Shown here one piece after another: positions 57,808 to 64,000 of a stretch of 64,000 nt of DNA (its first letter is position 1; the number at the start of each line of letters is the position of its first letter). The stretch is from Strigamia acuminata. Lineage: Eukaryota. Where the stretch lies: contig OX442314.1 of the NCBI GenBank assembly GCA_949358305.1, forward strand, positions 6,014,001 through 6,078,000. Direction: 5' to 3'. Both the position numbers and the translations under genes were made by a program. The notes under the pieces were generated by a model. The model worked only from the letters and a program-made list of their open reading frames with translations, ran no database searches and was not told the origin of the DNA.

Positions 57808-59081
57808 CTTGATTTCTGGTTATTTGGTATGTTCCGCATGTCAAATAACTGTTTCTTACTCAGGGCATGGGCCTACCGGTCCATGCATAGCATGGCTCTG
57901 CTGAGCCATGCAACCCCCGTCAACTGAAGGCGAAGTTCGGACTGTTCATGTTTCCGTCAAACGGTCTTGCCGAGGAGAAAGCCTCCCGCATAAGTATCCT
58001 CGTGGTCGGACAATAGAATCACGTGTGATACCAAAGTATTTAGTAACCGTCAGTAGCACTGTTACTGCAAGAGATTGACTCCATCACCTGATGGTGCCAA
58101 AGCAGTCTGCATGCAAAACATGCAGTTACCGCCAGTAGCACTATGTGTTTGGGAAAGTTATATCTCTTCGGTGATGGTGCCAAAGCAGTCTACTTATGAG
58201 TAGTATCTCGGGTGATTAATTCTGTTGTGCAGAACTGCGGGCTATATCCCCCTGAATACCAGTGCCGTCTCTCACCGCACTGTTATTTAGGGCACGCGCG
58301 ATACTGTTCTGCTCAGCAAGGCGAACTTTGACGGCAATTGTGTGTTGCGACGTTTAACCTTTATTATATTTTGACAGTCGATAATAGATATTAATTGTTT
58401 GAACTTGACAACAAGTAAACAACCGAAGTAAGTCACGAGACTTATTTCACTGTATGACGAATCAAATTCGTAACAATAAATTGAATACAATTTATTGAGT
58501 TAATTTATTAAACTCACAACATCGCGAATTAAATATAATTCGCAAGCGGAACCTTGGCGAATAAATAACTTCATTTATTCATTGCCAATTTCCAACCCTA
58601 GTTGTGGCGGTGCAGTTAAAAGTCAACCGCACCTCTCGGATCGAACCACGAAGCATTACACGGACCATTACACCAGATACGAACCAGGAACGCGATGGAA
58701 CGCGAAGGAACCAGTTCCACGATTACGACGCGCCGACGGAAGCCGCGAGGACACAGCCAGCCCGGCTACGTATAGACGACATCTTTAACTCGGTCGAGCG
58801 GGCGTTTTGCCGTTCCCGAACCCCGGATCACCAATAACCGTAATCATATTATTTTAGGGCCATTCGGCCATTTTATTTGTATAGTTTAATTTACTATTAA
58901 CTTGCCTAATGTCGGCATTAGTCATTTGTATAACTTAGATTTGTTTATATTGTTTGATAACAATAAATGTCTTGTTTTGATAACTCTGTTGTATTTATTT
59001 TATCTCGTATTATTCACTATTTCACGCGACTTATACCCGGTACTATCATGCGATAGGAGTTGTGGTCGTCACCGTCACACG

Positions 59082-59099
59082 TGGAGGTCCCACCGAGAT
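59082..59099 (+). promoter_or_regulatory. Primer binding site, tRNA-Gln
   Basis: TGGAGGTCCCACCGAGAT is the 18-nt complement of the animal tRNA-Gln 3' end, 2 nt after the LTR. Confidence 0.85.
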
Positions 59100-61116
59100 A
59101 GGTTGCACAGTTTTAAATTTATCGAATTTAAATAGAAAGTGAAAATTGAGATAAATAAAGATTATAACATTTTGAAACGAATTTTATATTCCTACTTTTG
59201 CGAAGTAGGAGAATTTCTTTTAAAAACGTTGGAATTCATACGAAAACCGACATTAAAGGGAATGTTATGTGTGTTGAAAAAACACTCGAAATATTGAAGT
59301 GAAATTATTTATTAATTTTCACATAAACTGGCTGGTATTTTATAAATTTTATAAAAATATTTTCGAAGGAAAATATTCAATCAGTAAAAAGATTGACCAG
59401 ACCAAAGAGCGGACCTAGTAGAAGACTACTACAAACGAACTGGTGAAAATACTTACGGAAATTAAGTTTTCCGAAACAGTACGTCGACACCGATGCCAAG
59501 CGACCAAACCGCAGCTTCAACAAGCGACGATCTCCGTCATAAACGCGGCAGGAAAGCCACTCAAACCTTCGATGCAAGGTGCGAACGAATGCTTGGAAAT
59601 TAGAGCGGACAACGTATCAAAATAGCGTGAAAACGTTACACAAGGTCAGTAGGGACTTGATTAGGTGCTGCGAAATTATTTTCCACTGCCATCGGTACCC
59701 AAAAACGATCTAGTTGTTTTGAAAAAACAACACTTCATTTTGCTAAAAAGAAAGTTGCAAATCGAAATAAAAATTAGCTTTATTTGAAGGAATTAACTAG
59801 TTTCAAAAGTACATTTTTTCCTTCGAAAACAATGGAAATTAAAGAAATATAAAATGGCGGCGATTTAAGTTACCGACCACGTGGAGTAGTATTTTTTCCG
59901 CCGAAAATTACGAATCCTGATAAACACTTTCCTTCGGCAAAGTAAAAAAGATTTCATCCAATCTTTTCTTTCGGAAACTTAACAGTAATGTTTTAAGTTT
60001 CCAACCAATACTTGGTTTTCAAAGAATTGTGAAAGTTTCTAAATGAAATTTGGCTGTTTGAGAAACAACCAATCCAATCGAATCGGACATTTTCCACGTG
60101 GAAAATTTCGTAATTGAAATGGCAAAACCATTTGTGGCTACAAACTTGGCCACATGAAATATTTCCAGATCGAATATTTCTTGGACGAATTGAAGCTTTA
60201 AAATCAGATGGCTGATTTAAATAAAAAAGAGGTTTCAGCGTTTATTTTCTTTCTGGAAAATTAAATTGAAAATAAGAGACCGCTGATAAAAGTGACATTT
60301 TTTTTTCTTCAATCGAATTGAAAAGATTTCAACAAACATCTCGTTATTAGAGATAAGGGGGACAAATTATTAAAACTAATAATCAAAAACACGTCCTTCG
60401 TAAGTAAGAATTAGAGAATTTTTCTCGTGGCAAATTTAAAGGATTTTAACGAATTTGTATCTGTTAAAAAATTTGTTAAAAAAGGGGGAAATGGATGTTA
60501 TTAAACAATTATAACTATACTTTTCCACTCGAAAAATGGAATTTAACCCCTGAAAATGTAAAACTGGATCAAATCACTTTTTTTCTATCGGAAATAAAAA
60601 TACACAATGTTGAAAGTCAAAAACTTTATTAAAACTGTGGTTGTAATAATATTACACACAAACAGAATAATTAAAGAAAAAATATTTTTCGAAGAAAAAT
60701 TATTTAATTATTTGGATTGCTAAAAAGTCCAAATCCCAAGAAGTACGGACTTAGTAGAGAACTACTAATTAAGGTGAAACCAAAATTCACCAATCAGAGA
60801 GGCGCAGATCAGGATCCAGATTTAAGCGTGGACCCAGATCACCAGACCAGACCCGGATAGACGTATTCCAGTGCCATCTTGACCACGCCGTCTCGTTTTA
60901 GTCCCGATTCGAATTACCTCGCCGTAACCTGCAAAGCTAAGTATTGTTTATTCTTTTATTGTTAACTTTGAATTAAGCGTGTTCGCAATCACGCCAGTTT
61001 AAATATTCTGATATTTAGTGTTTTGTTTTAATTCTGTTATAAGTTTAACGCGTATTAAACAACGCGAAGTTTAATGTCACTTTATTAAAGTTAGAAGTGT
61101 TTCCTTTTGAAAGTGT

Positions 61117-61590
61117 ATGGTATTAAAGTGTATATTGAATTCTTTAATAATAAAGAATTCTTTATTTCCGAATTGTTCAAGTTTTAATATGGTTCAACAA
61201 CCGTTTACCATATTTGACTCTGAAGAAGGAGATAATGAAGGTGATAGTTTAAATCTAAGTTATCAACCTTTAGGAGAAAATGAGCAGGCAAACTTAAATC
61301 TAAGTTACCAACTGTTCAAAAATCAACCCGAAGTAATTCCGGATGATCTGACAGTCTACTGTCAAGTGTATGAATTAGATCGAAATCGATTTGCGATCCT
61401 AAGGGAAGCAATACTTCATGTAAAAACTATGGATAAACAAAATCAGTGGATAAATCCAGATAATGTTCCGTTGAATTCAGTGGATTCTCTGCTAAAGCCC
61501 AATCAAAGTCACTTGATTGTGGAAACCCCAGTCGAAACTTGGCGAATCAAATTATTTCAAGTGAAAGGTTTGATTCACTTAACTCGATAA
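61117..61590 (+). CDS. Hypothetical 157-aa ORF inside the non-autonomous LTR element
   Basis: Longest ORF in a very AT-rich interior. Internal duplication SLNLSYQ/NLNLSYQ. No recognisable domain. Confidence 0.35.
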   Translation: MVLKCILNSLIIKNSLFPNCSSFNMVQQPFTIFDSEEGDNEGDSLNLSYQPLGENEQANLNLSYQLFKNQPEVIPDDLTVYCQVYELDRNRFAILREAILHVKTMDKQNQWINPDNVPLNSVDSLLKPNQSHLIVETPVETWRIKLFQVKGLIHLTR

Positions 61591-64000
61591 AAAAAAAAGA
61601 GGAATTAAGAACTGAAAACAAGCGTTTTCAATTACCAAACACAGCTGGATGTGAAGAAACTTTGATTACAAACCAATGTTTGCAATCGGCACATACACAC
61701 TGACGTGTTCGAATGCCAACTCCAGGTTTGCAGTCGTTAGAGATACGACACAAGTTACACTATACATCACCGTGTAACTATCCAAGAAAAAGGGCCGAAA
61801 ATTGTTAAAGCGAGCTAAGAGAGCTCGGAAATTCGCAATGGCGCAAGCTCAAAATTTTGTAAGGAATCTTATTGACTAAACATGATAAGAAAAAATACGA
61901 TGTCTTTTCTAAAGAATTGACTATAGTTACGACAATTAAGGGGGACGTGATGATGCTTAATTGTCAATATAATCGGAAGGAAGTTTTATTATTTATTAAT
62001 AAACTTGACTAAATTACGTAGAACAAAATCGAATTTGTGCTATTGAAAAATCCTGAACTTAGGCAATCTAATTGAGTTAAACAACTAAATTCAGAATTGG
62101 AAGTCACAGCATCTCCCAAGATATATCAAGCCTGACAAAAGCATTTATATCCATTAATAGGATAGAAATAAGTGAAAGTGTAAACACTTCCAATTATTTA
62201 AGGGGGATTTGTGACAAATTAATAGGGCTATAAATGCCTGATTTTCCACCAGAAGGCGCTGTTGCGCCATTTTGACGGTAATTCTACTGTATTTGTTGTA
62301 GAACCAATGTAATTCCTAAATAAAGTTATTTATGGTGTTTTAATTACAAATATGTTCGTTTGATAAGAATAAACAATTCAATCTTCATGATATCGAAATA
62401 TCACGGCCGAAATTACAGAGAATCGTCTGCTAAAACCGCATTTGTCAATGCGCAATGTCGCCACTAGATGGCGCTATCGCAAATCAGCGGTAAATTCGAA
62501 ATACGGAATTAAATGAATAACAAGATATATATATTAAATAAGTAGTTAATATATTCACGTAGATTATTTAATTGGACAATAATATAAAGATATATTATTG
62601 CATTGAATGTTTGGAAGAAGAATTGGTCACATTCTTGGAAATGTGACCTTGCGGATTAAAGGATTAATGTGTGACTTGGGAATGTGTCCTGGGTATCCAC
62701 TTCCGGTCCCCGGTATCCATTTCCTGTTTCATGTCAAGGATTAGCATAATCCAAGTTTGCATCTCCGTATCCACTTCCTGCGATACGAGATTGGTGGAAC
62801 TTAATCCCACCGAGTATAAAACTCCCTGACAACAGGAAGTTAAGTCAGTTCTTGATTTCTGGTTATTTGGTATGTTCCGCATGTCAAATAACTGTTTCTT
62901 ACTCAGGGCATGGGCCTACCGGTCCATGCATAGCATGGCTCTGCTGAGCCATGCAACCCCCGTCAACTGAAGGCGAAGTTCGGACTGTTCATGTTTCCGT
63001 CAAACGGTCTTGCCGAGGAGAAAGCCTCCCGCATAAGTATCCTCGTGGTCGGACAATAGAATCACGTGTGATACCAAAGTATTTAGTAACCGTCAGTAGC
63101 ACTGTTACTGCAAGAGATTGACTCCATCACCTGATGGTGCCAAAGCAGTCTGCATGCAAAACATGCAGTTACCGCCAGTAGCACTATGTGTTTGGGAAAG
63201 TTATATCTCTTCGGTGATGGTGCCAAAGCAGTCTACTTATGAGTAGTATCTCGGGTGATTAATTCTGTTGTGCAGAACTGCGGGCTATATCCCCCTGAAT
63301 ACCAGTGCCGTCTCTCACCGCACTGTTATTTAGGGCACGCGCGATACTGTTCTGCTCAGCAAGGCGAACTTTGACGGCAATTGTGTGTTGCGACGTTTAA
63401 CCTTTATTATATTTTGACAGTCGATAATAGATATTAATTGTTTGAACTTGACAACAAGTAAACAACCGAAGTAAGTCACGAGACTTATTTCACTGTATGA
63501 CGAATCAAATTCGTAACAATAAATTGAATACAATTTATTGAGTTAATTTATTAAACTCACAACATCGCGAATTAAATATAATTCGCAAGCGGAACCTTGG
63601 CGAATAAATAACTTCATTTATTCATTGCCAATTTCCAACCCTAGTTGTGGCGGTGCAGTTAAAAGTCAACCGCACCTCTCGGATCGAACCACGAAGCATT
63701 ACACGGACCATTACACCAGATACGAACCAGGAACGCGATGGAACGCGAAGGAACCAGTTCCACGATTACGACGCGCCGACGGAAGCCGCGAGGACACAGC
63801 CAGCCCGGCTACGTATAGACGACATCTTTAACTCGGTCGAGCGGGCGTTTTGCCGTTCCCGAACCCCGGATCACCAATAACCGTAATCATATTATTTTAG
63901 GGCCATTCGGCCATTTTATTTGTATAGTTTAATTTACTATTAACTTGCCTAATGTCGGCATTAGTCATTTGTATAACTTAGATTTGTTTATATTGTTTGA

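Larger units (their letters stand above)
57167..64000 (+). mobile_element. Non-autonomous LTR element (LARD-like) with 1.9-kb LTRs; 3' LTR runs off the window
   Basis: 5' LTR 57167-59079 (TGTGAC...GTCACA), repeated from 62210 to the window end. PBS at 59082. Purine tract AAGGGGGA before 62210. The 3.1-kb interior has no gag/pol motifs. Confidence 0.92.

Overview
This is AT-rich, intron-containing animal DNA, most likely arthropod (inferred). The host content is a cluster of three paralogous DEG/ENaC (pickpocket/ASIC-like) genes. One is a partial + strand copy ending at 2374, one is an intact 10-exon + strand gene (7370-11010, 823 aa), and one is a - strand pseudogene (56102-33426). The intact gene encodes TWO complete DEG/ENaC subunit modules in one polypeptide, with the join inside a single exon, and the pseudogene shows the same join. 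Most of the rest is nested mobile DNA. Gypsy element A (13384-33044) is interrupted by a young Copia element (17484-24274) carrying a methyl-CpG-binding domain. A four-level nest sits in an intron of the pseudogene: solo LTR > Copia remnant > Gypsy B (38043-53033) > TIR element. A large non-autonomous LTR element runs from 57167 past the window end, and there are several MITEs. Gypsy A and B share a large, apparently spliced, non-Env third ORF, and the LTR of B encodes a small membrane protein. Exon models, TSDs and alignments were worked out by eye; no searches were run.
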